Part shown: one piece after another, positions 10,770-24,044 of the stretch
How positions within the stretch are numbered: position 1 is the stretch's first letter
How the letters are laid out: every line of letters begins with the position of its first letter
DNA from: Lytechinus pictus
Lineage: Eukaryota
Reading direction: 5' to 3'
Assembly (NCBI RefSeq): GCF_037042905.1
Contig: NC_087252.1
Coordinates: 25,608,001-25,672,000, forward strand
DNA: 64,000 bases
Translations under genes and position numbers: made by a program
The notes under the pieces: generated by a model
The model's database searches: none
What the model saw: only the letters and a program-made list of their open reading frames with translations
What the model was told of the DNA's origin: nothing

Positions 10770-13700
10770 GTGAGATTTTTTTTTTATCATAGTAATTAGT
10801 ATGTTTGTTTGTATAGGCCTAACTTAGACTCCTACTTAGACTGATTTGTAGTATAGATCTATTTTCCAATCCGCCGATCATGCCGATATCGATAACTCAT
10901 TAGTCATTCATGATTTGTGTGTTTGTAAATTTCAGCTGTATTTTTTAAGTTCATTGTCAATGTCAATATTGTCATGTGTATCTGTAACGTATGGGTACGA
11001 CTACGTCTACGAGTATTCAACCCGGCATAATTCAAAGATTTTGACATATTCCCCAAAATATTTAGAAATAGGGAATTTATCTTAATTTCATACCTTTGAC
11101 ATTTGTTATTTCCAGGGTCTGTTGTCGATATTTACGACTACGGACAAATAATGCCAATGGGCAAGTCCAAGAAAAGGTCACCTTTGGCTTAATTTGAACT
11201 AAGGCAAACTTATTTAAGAATAAGAAGTTATCTTTGGTGGGATGAGTAAGCCCAAATGATGAGTTTTAAAATTTCATTAAGAAAAATTTGATAATCTGCA
11301 TAGCCAGGCATAAATGATAGGTCTATACTAATTTGGGGCACCTAATTTACATAATTGGTAAAATGGGTGTTACTGTTACTTTGTTAAGTAGGCCCTATGG
11401 GATAATTATAAAAACTCAGAAAAGAAAGCTTGTGAGATTTAGTCATAATAGGTGGGACATGGACCCCCAAAAATATTACTTTTTGGTTTGGGGAAATAAA
11501 GTGATGTCATCTTAATAATGTCAATGAAATATGCAAATTAGGTCTTGTCCAAGGAAGGAATGTCCTAATATGTTAGGCCATATGTAACATTTTGAATTTG
11601 AGGATGTTTTTTAAAGTTATTTCTCATATTTGTTGTCATGGTTGTGTGTCTAGATGATCAATTTTAGAAAGTCGTTTGGAAAAATTTACGAGCGAAGTTT
11701 CATCAATTTTTATTGGAGGCCATCGGGGGGCGCTTCTAACCAACATTTAAACCAAGGAACTAGATTTTTTACTTGCACAAACAGCACAATGACAATGTTT
11801 TATAAGCACCAACAAGCATGACTAGTAGGATGGGGGGTTGGGTGTCCGGACACGTACTAACAGAAATGAATCCTTGTTTTTATCTCAGGAATAAACCAAA
11901 AATATAGGTTGAATAGTTTTTTTTCACCATCAATATTTGTTCTTTAAAATATTTTCTTATATTCTGTGCTAAAAAGAATTAAAGACAATGCTTGTAAACT
12001 TTTCATAATTGAGAGTAAAAGTCATGTGTCCGGACATCCAACCCATCCGGACACACAACAACTGGGTATACTATGCACTGAAGATGAGCACCCAAGATAT
12101 TTCATCAAGCACTTCATCTTGACTCATGGATCCTGCTGAGTATCGTAGAAGTACAAAATGTTAGGCAATATTATAATAGAAGATGATTACAGTGTTGAAT
12201 TAATATTTTCAGTGTAATCCACAGACATGAAAGAAGGCTTCAAAAAGAAAGTGTCCGGATACCCGATTTTCCAAAATATAGTTCACTTTTTATTTTTAAT
12301 TAAAAGTTAATCAAAAAAGGGTCAATCCATATCAAATCAACCAATGCTTGTCACCCGACCCCCTCCGATTTTCTTTTAACTCGCACCAAATGTGCCCCCA
12401 AGTGTCTGATGGAAAATTCTGGAATATTTTGTCCCAAGGTCAAACGGTTGCTAAGTTACGGCCTCCCTTAGCAACCAAATTTGATGACGCAGTGTTCTAA
12501 TTTTCTGTAAATTGGAAGAATTTTATAGTCTTAACACACACAATATAGTATGACGTGGATCTGACCAGCCGTTACTGCGCACAAGGTCGCCGAAAATGGT
12601 GTTAAGCGACCAAGCTAATGTTTTTGGATGCATGTTTGGAGGCTCATAACTTCCTAATTAAATTAGCTTAGAACCCAATATTATGCATATTTGAAGACTA
12701 TGACTTGCTCAACAGACCTACAAAAATTGGCCCTACCATGCGCGTTGGTTTCTTGTAGGACGCCCTCAAAGTTGGATTTTTTAAACTGAAAGTTGCCAAG
12801 TTCAAGGTCACAAATCACCCCTCGTCCCATCCAGGTGCGACCCCAATTTCTGTAGACTGATAGACATTTACCTATATTTTCATGGGATACTTAAAATTTT
12901 TGTGACCGAAATGTGTAATAGCTGGTTTACGCATTCGAAAATGGTCTCAGCAGTCAATCAAAAATAGCTAATTTTATTTAAACTTTATTGTTTGGCAAGA
13001 CATTGGTTGCTAAGGGAGGCCATATCTTAGCAACTGTTTGACCTTGGGGCAAAATATTTCAGTTTTTTTTCCGTCAGACATTTGGTACGAGTTTAAAGAA
13101 AATTCGAAGGGGGTCGGGTGACAAATTGTCTAAAAATTGGTTGATTTGACGTGGATTGACCCAAAAGGTAAAGGTAAAAAATTGTTACGCATTACGTATG
13201 GGACATTTATATGTACACACAATCCGCGGGGGGGGGGGGTGCCATTTCCATTGACAAGTGGATACCATGCGTGACCATGGGGTTTCGAAAAGCACCATAA
13301 AAACATTTTCCATATTCTGAAAATGCACCCCGTAACAAGTATTAGCGTGTGAAACCCTACCCTTAACAAGTATTGGAAACAAAACGATACTCTTGACAAG
13401 TATTCCCTGAAATGAATCCCTAATCAAGTACAGTGATATGTCACGGGTTCATCGGTTTTACCTTACACATCATTTGGTTTAGTACGACCCCACCTTCCAC
13501 TTGTCGCGCAAATCGTACTCGTAGTATAGTGTTGGGCAAAATAAAGGACATCCTTTAAAACATTTTAATTTTGTTTTATCATCCCCGCAAATTTGACCCT
13601 AAACAAATAGCTTTCCTAACGGCACCCTTATCATGTTAAGTACGTAACATGCCCTATCTTAAAAAAGACATCCTTTTTACATGTTTTTTTGGTAGCGCAT

Positions 13701-16700
13701 GGTATCCACTCTTCAATGTAAGTGCCCCCCCCCCCCTGGTTCAGTGATAGGTATTAATCAAATGAGCTGAAGTGATAAGTGAAACACAAAAAGTTACATC
13801 CCGCAAGTAGTGCTTGATGAATTGACTACATATTATAACGTGATTAACTTCTAATTATAACCAATTCTATAGCAAGATTCTAATGTAAAAGATGGTTAGT
13901 TAGTAGTATGTTGATGGTCTTTACTCAGATCGACGAGATGGAGATCTTATCAAGAAGAGGGATGAGCTTCTTGAGTCGGATGAAGAAGCAACAACAAGTA
14001 GGTCAACTGCCAGCAAGAGGCCATCAAGGCGACCCCTGCGTTTTCTGGAAGATGAACTCGATTCGGACACTGGCTTTCAACCAGACGAGAAGAAAAATTC
14101 GGTAAGACTTAAAGTGATGTTTGTGTTAATCTAAAACCGGACAAAAGAGCAGGAGTAGAGCAATCCTTGAAATGTACAGGACAGCCTGCTGACATGGGGG
14201 TTGTTTTTTATACTGCAGGTTTGTTATTCCGAAAATGTAAAGACTAATCTTCAGTGTAATGAACCTTATATTGATTTTGGATAAAGGATCCTTGGGAATA
14301 ACTAACCTTATTTTTATGATCTTAAATGAAGTTTAACGAACCGTTACTTTTACTTCATTTTCAGAGAAACAAACCTTATTTTATTTATGTGATTACCAAA
14401 ACTTTGCAACAATGCCATAAATATTGTGATTTTCATTTTGGACCAATGGACATAGAGGTGTAATAGGCACTTCACATGTTTCGTAATAACAAGCCTTCGG
14501 AATAAGAAACTAACCACTGACATCCATACATGTACTCATATCATTAAAATGATGGGTGCTTTTAATAATTCAGGAAAGAGCAATTACATGTATGTCTCCA
14601 AATTGATTAGCTGGATCAGCTTCACTAATTAGTCTAGAAAACTGGCTACAAAATTTCACTTGAAAGGTTCCATGACAAAGCAGGTACATATATGCCTTTT
14701 TTGAAAGTGACATCTATAAGAGTAAGACTACATTGTATAGTTTTATAGTTTTACAAATTTTATTGGATCCAAATGCATTCATGTAAAGGATATCATTTTG
14801 AAGGAAAATCAAATCATTTTGATATAAATCATGTTAAATTGAACAGGCACAATGCTCCTAATCAAATCAGATGTGCATGTAGAGTGTTATTTCTAAAACT
14901 TGTTTGTATATTGTCTCCTTGTTATACAATCACTATTTACTTTTTACTATATTTTACTGTATGAATAATACATTATTTCCATTTATGCAAATTTGAAGAA
15001 AAACATTAATTGAATCATAGTAGGTTACAGCAATGATAATTTTCATGAAGGGAAATTTAAAGATATTTCATATTATAATACTAAATTTTAGAAATAGTGG
15101 GTTATACATGTCAATTGTCATCAGTTCCCTGATTTCACTAACTAGGTTGCGCATATAACACCTTTTTTTTTTTAATTAAAGACTGAATGTAAAAAAAAAT
15201 ACATAGTTTTTTTTTTATGATTGTCATTTCAATATGTATGCTTCTTACAGTTTCTCTGTTTATTCAACCAGATAATTTCTTTAATTTCTTTTATTTCAAC
15301 AACAGAAGAAGGTGAAATTGGCTCACCAAGCCCGGGATAAGATGCTCCTGGATCGCCTGGCGAAAAAGAAAGAGCTAGAGCCATTGGTAATGTTATTTCA
15401 TATTTTGCCGTAAATATCATTAGAATTGTTAATGGTAACAACTTGGGTGGGGATAATTTGCTCCCACCTGCACCTGCAGGTATCTAGGCATTTGATAACA
15501 CGATCATGTAAAAAATTGGTATGCACTTCCCCTGTGACCAAGGAGCTTTCTTGCTGTGAAGTAATCAACAAACCTACACCATAGAGCTTTCAACAATTCC
15601 TTGACTACCCACAAAAAAGTGGGTTTTTTTAAGTTGTCGGTTTGTAGATGAATCCATTTCACATGTGTAGCAATGTTTCATGAGCCATTTCCAGTCGAAT
15701 AGTTGCTCTCAGTCACTTTCATGTAATACTACACAATTTGTGCTGAAATACTTTTTGGACATCTAACTTTTTCGTGTATTTTAATCTAATTTTTGATAGC
15801 ACGATATAGTCTGAACGTCTGTTATATATCTTATGAGTTGCAATTCCGTGAGAGTAGGGGAGGCTGGATAGGTGTTTCATAAAGCTGTTCGTAAAGTTAC
15901 GCAAGACTTTACAATTTGCGCACATCTGGTGACTTTTTCTTGTGCCACACGATAGTGATGATATATCCCTTTGTAGCTGACTGAGCACCTAAGATCATTT
16001 TCCAGTTGTGCGTAACTTTACAAATAGCTACATTGAACACCCATTGGGTGGGGGAAACAAAAACTAAGGCATTCATTGGTGCTTGTCTATGAAATGCAGA
16101 CTTTTACATGTAATTAGCAACTTACAAACTTCTGAGTTGGTTTAAAGCAATACAGATCAGTATTTTCTGGTCAATAGTGATAAACTCCTCATAATCGACA
16201 TTGGTCCTTACCCATAACGTGTCTAACAACAATATATTGACATCATTAAACCACTCTCGAATGCTCTAATTTTCAGTAACTCCCAACTTTGATATTGAAA
16301 TAACATCCAACACTACTGTCATTGCTTCTCATGTTAGAATTCAATACAAAAAAATGTTTAATGTTTCAAAACTATGAATTTACCTCTGAAAATCACACCT
16401 GTTGATATATTCAAAGTTTTGCTGTAGATTCATTTACATGTATATTAGGATTTAAAATAAGCTTTAGATTACATTTCATTGGAGTGTCTATGCAGCTGAA
16501 TTGTTAAGAGATCTGCTAGGGGGTGTTTCATGAAAATTGTCAGCACTGACTAAATTGTCAGTGCTGACTATTTCAGTGAAATCCTACGTTTTCATTGGCT
16601 GAGAGGCACTGGCCTCTGACTGTTACTATGGCAACTGTCGGAGAAAGACAACTTGTCAGTGCTGACAATTTTCATGAAAGGGTACCCAGATATATCTTTC

Positions 16701-19700
16701 ATAGGCCAGTATATCAATTTGTCTAAAATTATGATATATTCCTTTTTTTTATTAGTATTTGTTTCAATAAAAATTGTGGTTACCTTGATCATATTAATTA
16801 CTGTAGAATGAGCAGACTGAACTCGCCAAATTAACGGAGCAAAATGTTGCACTTCAGTGCCAATTAGAGAAGGTGATGAAAGAAAGAGACAGCTTAGTTG
16901 CTGCAGTGGCATGTTTGAATGGTAAGTTTTAATGAATTTTCTATTTGGACATATAAAAAAACTACTTGTAAAATGGAGAGAGGATTTGTATGTGTAGCAG
17001 AGAGTCATGTCACAATCTTTAATGTACAAAATTGTATTGTATTTGTTTGCCTTAATATAAGAATTTTCTTTTTCTCTAGTTACAGATTGGAATTAAAACT
17101 TTCAGAAAGGTGTAGATCTTTTTAGATTCAGGAGGGATTATGAAGTTTTAATTTTTATATTTTTTTTAGATTATTGTGAAGTATCATACATTTTTAATCT
17201 AACATACATACAGCAAAGACATGCTTTGTAACAAAACAAATATTTTGATGCTCTGAATATATGATATTTTGATGAGATTGTGAAAATGTGGGTACCTTAT
17301 TAAAATATCTGTGTTCTATTCATCCAGAGCTCCCCGAGTTGTTGAAAAAGATGACGGGAGTACGAACTCCACAGTCGTCTCCATGTACCAGTCATTTGTC
17401 AAATTCACCTAGATTGCCCAGTCATGAAAGTTCCCCGAAAGGAGTAAGTAATGTTAAAATTTATCTCATGATTTACACTGTGCCCCCCCCAAAAAAAAAA
17501 AAAAAAAGAATTAAGTATATATCTAGTAATTGGATATAAAAAGGCTACTAACAAACATATCTGTGCTTGAGAAGGTGTTTCATATAAACGACAAAATATG
17601 GAGAAATTTTATTTTGTTTGGACACCCAAGCGAAATTCTGATTTCAAATCAATGATTTATTTAATCAAACACATTTTAGATTATCCTTCACTACTTGACA
17701 AGTTTTGTGACTACTCCTGCCGCACAAATTTGTTTGACCGCACCGCTCGCTGACCTTTTACTTTCAAGTCTTGCACATTTTTTTGGACCAAATTTTTTAT
17801 GCCCAGGTATGCACTTTTGAAACTATGTAATTTTGAGTGCACATCAGACCCCTAATGGTTAAAAAGATGTTTTTGTACAAGGTCAATGCGAACTGTGTTT
17901 TGAACCAAATACATAATGTATGATTATTTTTACTTTTGCTGGTTAGAATGGAATTATTTTAGGCTGTTTATCATTGTAAAAGAGTCCCTAACAAAGGGCA
18001 TCGTAAAAAAGATCAATATTGATACAACCAATAAAACGTGTGCAATTTTAGGGCAATCACACAATCAGCAGTCAAGACCTATTGACCCCCTGTAAAAACC
18101 TGGTCTGAAATAGTCCAGGGTTAACCCTATTTCTCCCCAAAAAATAGCATTCTAGGAGCTTTATTTAGTGAATCAGAGCAAAAAGTATGATTTCATGAAT
18201 GAATTAGCATAAATAATTCATGTAAAATGTAAAATATATGAATTCAGTGAAATTTACCAATGCACCTGCGTAGATTATGTCATTCTCTACCATCATGCAA
18301 ATTTTTGTTGTGATCACGCAATCCGTGGCCAAGATCTTGGGGGGGGGGGCCATAATGCCCCCCCCCCCCGGAACGACAAGAATGAAAATACCTCGGGAGA
18401 TTTAGGGTTAACACTGTTTTCCTGCATGATATCAGTATGCAGCTATATGTACTTCTATTAAATCTTTCCTCTTTTGCCTTTATAATGTATGTGTGCAGGA
18501 CCTGTCGCCGAAATATGCCTCGGGAAGCACCAAACAAGCATCACAATACATCAGTGATCTGATGGTTAAGGCCTTTTCCCGTGAGGAAATGGCCTCGCAT
18601 TCCTTAACAGGAACATCTTCCAATGCAAACGGTGGCCAACTCGCTAAGCCGCAAATCAGTCCAGAAAAAATGAATGAAATCTTTGGTGAGTTTTTTTTTT
18701 TTTAATATTTAGATCCAAAGTCTTTGTACAACATGTACCCAGACATGGACAAAATGCAATCCATTCTCTGTTGATGCTTGTTCAAGTATTGTTATGTTGA
18801 TGCAGTTATAAGATTCAAAATCATTGGGAAGAAATTTGATAATCTTTCAAAAGCAGCATCAGATTTATCAAAATGAGTTTGTATTTTATAAATTTGACAG
18901 TTTAAGAACCTTGCATTCTCACTAGGGAGTAACTGTGGAGATTAAACTGAAAAAAGAAGAATTTATAATTCATTCTTCATTTTGATGATTAAAAAGTTTC
19001 TCTATGTGCTGGTAAAAAATTATTTGCATTGTAAACTTTAAGTATTTGTCTTGTGGGGGACATATATATCTTCGTTTTTGCTGTATTAAAGGGGAATCCA
19101 GCCTTGGCCATAAAATGTTGTGTTGGGAAGGAGAAAAATAAATTAAACAGAATGGTGAAAGTCTGAAAGAAATCGGACAAGCAATAAGAAAGTTATAGCT
19201 ACTTTAAAATTGAGATCACTAATACTATGTAGATTTCAAATTGGCAACTGGGTAAGTAAATTATGACAAGGGGCAAGGACAACTTTCCCATAGGCCATGT
19301 ACTTTATTATCAAGGATTTGTGGTTTTCTCCTAAGTACCCATTCCCCTGGGGCAGTAATCTAAATATAACCCAGGTAGTATATTGTTTTATATCCTCATG
19401 AAAGAAAAATATAATTTGAAATAAAACTTTTGGGAAAAATGACATTTTAGCCATAATGGCCCGAATTCACAAAGGTGGTTTTGAAAACCCACGGTTGAGT
19501 CTATGGTTTACGCAGATTTCCTGTATAAATTACGCTTAAGTTAGCGCGTATCGGGTGCGTGTATAAAACGTGTCCAATGCCGATGCGCGCTTTTGTCACA
19601 GTGCGCCAAATTGACGCCTGTTACCATGGTTAGATATGCTATTTTATTCATGAGTCCACTGTTTGAAGAGTGGACTCATGAATAAAATAGCGTTGATAAC

Positions 19701-21314
19701 CACGGCAACAGGCGTCAATTTGGCGCACTGTGACAAAAGCGCGCATCAGGATTGGACATTTTTCATACACGCGCCTGATACGCGATCAATCAAGCGTAAT
19801 TTATACAGGAAAAGTGCATAAACCATGGACTCAACCGTGGGTTTTCAAAACCACCTTTGTGAATTCGGACCTATATGTATTGGAGTACATGGAAGAGTAG
19901 TCCTTGCCTTACATCACTATGACATCCCATATGCGGCCAATTTGAAGTCTCCATGGGTATAGTGATTACCAATATTTACAACTTTCAAAAATTCATAACT
20001 TTCTTGTTGTTTGTCCAATATTGTTCAAACTTTTACCTATCAACTTGTCTGATTTTTCTTTTCCTTATAAAAACAAGTTTTTATTTGGGTTGGATTCCCC
20101 TTTAAAGCAAGATTATACTAAGAAAGATGGCTGCAAGGACCTTGTGGTAGTTCAGGTATGTACAAGTACAAAGAGATCTTGATAGTGGCAAAACAGTTCA
20201 GGGTGCTACATAACTTTTTAGAAGCACATGCCCTATCAGGCAAGTAAATTTTTAATTAGTTGGAAATTCCAATATACTTGCCTGAAAATCTTCACTTGCC
20301 CGAAAAATCCTTGAAAAGAAAAGTTTTCCCTCTTCAAAAGAACGTATTGCGGTTTTATAAACTATTGACCTTTTTTTCTCTTTGAACATGAACTGATGTA
20401 CCTTGTTATTGCATTTCTTTTCCAAAGTAATTTTATCTTGCCCACCATGACCAAATTTAGGGTTGATGAATCATATCGACGCTATTTTTGTCTCGCCCAC
20501 CAGAGGTGAAGACGAGACTTAGGGATCCAAATGTCGTCCGTCCGTCCGTCACAAATCTAATGACACATTACTCCACAACCGTAAGTCGCTTTTCAACCAA
20601 ACTTGAATAGTAGATGGACTTGGGGGACCTGTATATTATGCTGCAGTCGGAGGTCACATGGTAAGGTCAAAGGTCATTTTCAGGTCAACGTTAAATTTTA
20701 CATGCAAGACTCTCTTATGACACTCAACTCTGCAACCGTAAGTCACTTTTCAACCAAACTTGGATTGTAGATGAACTTTGGCGACCTGCATGTTTTGCTG
20801 CAGTGGGAGGTCACATGGTAAGGTCAAAGGTCATTTTCAGGTCAACATTAAAGTTTACATGCAAGGCTCTTATGACAAGTGTTATTACATCCCAGTCATT
20901 TCACAATGAAGTTTTGATAAAATTCTGTTGCGTGCCCTCGCAAATCACGATATTTCTGGTTATTTTCATAAGTGGGCGAGACACAAAATCGCTTTTGCCT
21001 TGTTGATCATTCTACTCTGAGAATTTCTTGCCCAATTTGGGCTAGTGTTGGTATTTACTTCAAAACACTTGCCGGCTCAACTTTTACTTGCCCTAGGCAA
21101 TCGGGCAAGTGCTTATGCAATACCCTGCAGTTGATTTAATTTAATTTACTGTTCATGTTATCGTAATGGTATGTTTGTGTGTGTGTTTTTTTTTTTCACA
21201 GAAAAAGCTGCCTCGCGCTATCCCAGCGTTGACAAAAAGATATTAAAGGAGGCAGCAAAGAACAAGTTGTCTAATGAACGGCGGCTTTTCAAGAGGAGCC
21301 AACTTAAGGTTTAG
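10547..21314 (+). CDS. BEN-domain protein (BEND5-like architecture), 7 exons, 335 aa
   Basis: Exons 10547-10769, 13929-14101, 15306-15386, 16807-16921, 17328-17443, 18499-18685, 21202-21314. All introns GT..AG with consistent phases (1,0,0,1,0,1); total 1008 nt, open, ending in TAG. Exons 3-4 encode a coiled coil; exons 6-7 encode a BEN-like sequence. Confidence 0.88.
12319..13163. mobile_element. Non-autonomous DNA transposon with GGGTCAATCCA TIRs (Sola2-like termini); partial copy at 8540-8888
   Basis: GGGTCAATCCATATCAAATCAACCAA / TTGGTTGATTTGACGTGGATTGACCC with A-run flanks. Confidence 0.7.
13224..13739. mobile_element. MITE with poly-G/poly-C-containing TIRs
   Basis: G-run...AGTGGATACCATGCG at left; CGCATGGTATCCACT...C-run at right. 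Confidence 0.65.
13929..14101 (+). CDS. BEN gene exon 2
   Basis: ttactcag|AT...; DRRDGDLIKKRDELLESDEEATTSRSTASKRPSRRPLRFLEDELDSDTGFQPDEKKNS; |gtaaga. Confidence 0.85.
15306..15386 (+). CDS. BEN gene exon 3
   Basis: caacag|KKVKLAHQARDKMLLDRLAKKKELEPL|gtaatg. Confidence 0.8.
16807..16921 (+). CDS. BEN gene exon 4 (coiled coil)
   Basis: ctgtag|NEQTELAKLTEQNVALQCQLEKVMKERDSLVAAVACLN|gtaagt; heptad leucines. Confidence 0.85.
17328..17443 (+). CDS. BEN gene exon 5 (S/P-rich linker)
   Basis: catccag|ELPELLKKMTGVRTPQSSPCTSHLSNSPRLPSHESSPKG|gtaagt. Confidence 0.82.
18499..18685 (+). CDS. BEN gene exon 6 (BEN domain, first part)
   Basis: gtgcag|DLSPKY...ASQYISDLMVKAFSREEMASHSLTG...AKPQISPEKMNEIF|gtgagt; fits the BEN pattern L..hF+.EEh...S.TG....KP.h.P.Kh..I. 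Confidence 0.9.
19090..20101. mobile_element. Kolobok-like MITE, full length, with nested Harbinger-group MITE
   Basis: TTAA|AGGGGAATCCA...TGGATTCCCCT|TTAA. Confidence 0.85.
19458..19871. mobile_element. PIF/Harbinger-group MITE (near-perfect hairpin), same TIR as 34162-40909
   Basis: GGCCCGAATTCACAAAGGTGG...CCACCTTTGTGAATTCGGACC; flanks AAT/TAT; empty site CCATAATATGT present in the paralogous Kolobok at ~27630. Confidence 0.85.
20487..21003 (+). mobile_element. Helentron/DINE-1-like non-autonomous element (2 central ~157-bp repeats)
   Basis: 5' TTTTGTCTCGCCCACC..GACGAGAC, (CGTC)n microsatellite, central tandem repeats, 3' GGGCGAGACA subTIR; T-rich insertion site. Confidence 0.75.
21202..21314 (+). 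CDS. BEN gene exon 7 (BEN C-terminal helix, stop)
   Basis: ttttcacag|EKAASRYPSVDKKILKEAAKNKLSNERRLFKRSQLKV*; K..N.R motif typical of the last BEN helix. Confidence 0.88.
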
Positions 21315-21393
21315 TAGAGCTTCAATGGGGCAGGGTCATATTGTGACAAGTCAACATAAATTAGGAATTCAAGCACACATTTGAACATGTTAA

Positions 21394-22089
21394 CCCTGAT
21401 TAAACTGGGGGGGGGGGGGCTTGACAAATTTCACCGCCACGCACATTTTTTTTATCGTGTTGGTTACTGACTTTTTTCATTCAAATTTTGCGCATCTTTT
21501 TGGACCAAATTTGCGACGCCTGGGTACGCGTTTCCAAAATTGAGCAATATTTTGTAAATGCATGTAGGTCCCAAAAACTTTTTTTCTGTGTACATAGTCA
21601 TTCATTGCAAACTGTGTTTTCAACCACAAATCATAAATGTATGATTATTTTTACTCATGTTTTATTAGATGGATATATTTTACGTTATTTATGATTGCCT
21701 CGACAATTTTCACGATATATCTGCTGCGCAAATTTTTTTGACCTCGCCGCTCGCTGACTTTTTACTTTCAAGTCTCACGCTGATTTTGAGACCAAATCTG
21801 TGACGCCCTGGTACGCGGTTACGACATTACGGAACATTATGAAAGTGCACGTCAGACCCAAAATTGCTCAGAAAGGTGATTTCTTGTACAAATCCAATGC
21901 AAATTGTGTATTTAGCCAAAATTCGTAAATGTATCATTATTTCTCCTTTTACTGATTAAACTTAATTTGGTTGTGATTGCGCAATCCAGTCTTGTACATG
22001 TAGTTTACAGCGAGCTCTACGTGTGTAAATTTTCGTGACTGAGATCTGGTGGTAAAAACCTGATCTAAAATAGCCCAGTTAAATCAGCG
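21394..22089. mobile_element. piggyBac-like MITE
   Basis: TTAA|CCCTGATTAAACTGGG...CCCAGTTAAATCAGCG|TTAA; related fragments at ~17700-18412. Confidence 0.65.
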
Positions 22090-23077
22090 TTAATGCCTGT
22101 AGGAATGACAGTTTGTTTTTGTTGACTTTGTCAGAATGTGATCATGTCCCATATTGATACCACATATACACATTGATGTTCGTCAAGGCAGATTAAATGG
22201 CAAAAACATTTTTGCTGTCAACAGAAGATTGAAAGCCAGTCAGTTAAACATTTTGTTTCATTCAGTGTTTTATTTCTCACCATATTTTCTGGTAATCTAT
22301 TATTTCAGGGGTATTATCCCACCCCCCCCCCCCACTTTGCATGTTGCATGATAAATGAAATATCACTTTCATGACTTTCTCCTTGCACAACAAGAACAAT
22401 TTTTTTCATATGTACAAACATGGTTCCAAAGGTATGCAAAATTTGGAAGTTCATGTCAGACCCCAAAATTGCTTTCTAAAAATTCTGAGTTTTATCTACA
22501 AATCTCATACAAATGCTGTTTCTTGCCAAAAATGCACAACCAGCATAATATTCAGTTTTCATGGTTAATGTCAACTTAATTATATTTATAATCATAAAAG
22601 CTTTGCCCACAATTCAATTGAAAAGAACAAATTTTTAAAATGAAAAAAAAACTCAAAGAAATGTAAAAGAATTTTCAAAAAGAATGAAACGCATAAGAAA
22701 TCATAAAATCACAATGTCGATTACATGGCTTGTGTTTTCAGAAATGACTGGGTTTTCATTCAGTTCTCAATTGACATTGCCTTTATGACAAGATCCCTTC
22801 ATTTAAGATATCGTGTACAAACATCAGATGGCCGTAGTGTACAGTAAGGTGACATTATTTATTGAAATTTATGTAACATTTAACTATGCAAACCATGCAG
22901 CTAGAACTCACTACTTGCCATTTCTATTGTCTGCCAGATTAGTATTAGTAAAATAACTTTATCAGGGTCAAGTGACATAAAGTGTGTGAAAGAACATTAA
23001 AATTTACCTTTTTTATTTGTATACTGTAAGTGTTGAACTGGAGATCATCTTGGATATGTTTTCTCTCATATTGGTTT

Positions 23078-24044
23078 ATTGTCTCGTCCACCAGAGGTGA
23101 AGGCGAGACTTATGTCAACAAATGTTGTCCGTCCTGCACAAATCTAATGACACATAACTCCACAACTGTAAGTCGCTTTTCAACCAAACTTGGATGGTAG
23201 ATGGACTTTGGGAACCTGCATGTTATGCTGCAGTCGGAGGTCACATGGTAAGGTCAAAGGTCATTTTCAGGTCAACATTAAAGTTTACATGCAAGACTCT
23301 TATGACACCTATCTCCGCAACCGTAAGTCACTTTTCAACCAAACTTGGATGGTAGATGGACTTAGGGAACCTGCATGTCATGCTGAAGTCTGAGGTCACA
23401 TGGTAAGGTCGAAGGTCATTTTCAGGTCAACATTAAAGTTTACATGCAAGACTCTTATGACACCTAACTCCGCAACCGTAAGTCACTTTTCAACCAAACT
23501 TGGATGGTAGATGGACTTAGGGAACCTGCATGTCATGCTGAAGTCTGAGGTCACATGGTAAGGTCGAAGGTCATTTTCAGGTCAACGTTAAAGTTTACAT
23601 GCAAGACACCTAACTCCGCAACCGTAAGACACTTTTCAACCAAACTTTGATGGTAGATAGACTTGAGGGACCCTCATGTTATGCTGCAGTGGGAGGTCCC
23701 ACGGTAAGGTCAAAGGTCATTTTCAGGTCAACGTTATAGTTAACATGCAAGACTCTCTTATGACACCTAACTTCACAACCGGAAGTTACTTTTCAACAAA
23801 ACTTGGATGGCAGATGAACTTAGGTGACCTGCATGATATGCTGCAGTCGGAGGTCACATGGTAAGGTCAAAGGTCATCTTCAGGTCAGCATTAAAGTTTA
23901 TGTGCAAGGCTCTTATGACAAGTGTTATTCCATCCCAGTCATTTCACTATTAAGTTTTGATACAATTCTGTTGCGTGCCCTCGCAAATCACGATATTTCT
24001 GGTTATCTTCATAAGTGGGCGAGACACAAAATCGCTTTTGCCTT
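23078..24044 (+). mobile_element. Helentron/DINE-1-like element (five central ~155-bp repeats)
   Basis: Same ends as 20487-21003; CAACCAAACTT-like landmark at 23181, 23336, 23491, 23637, 23794. Confidence 0.8.
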
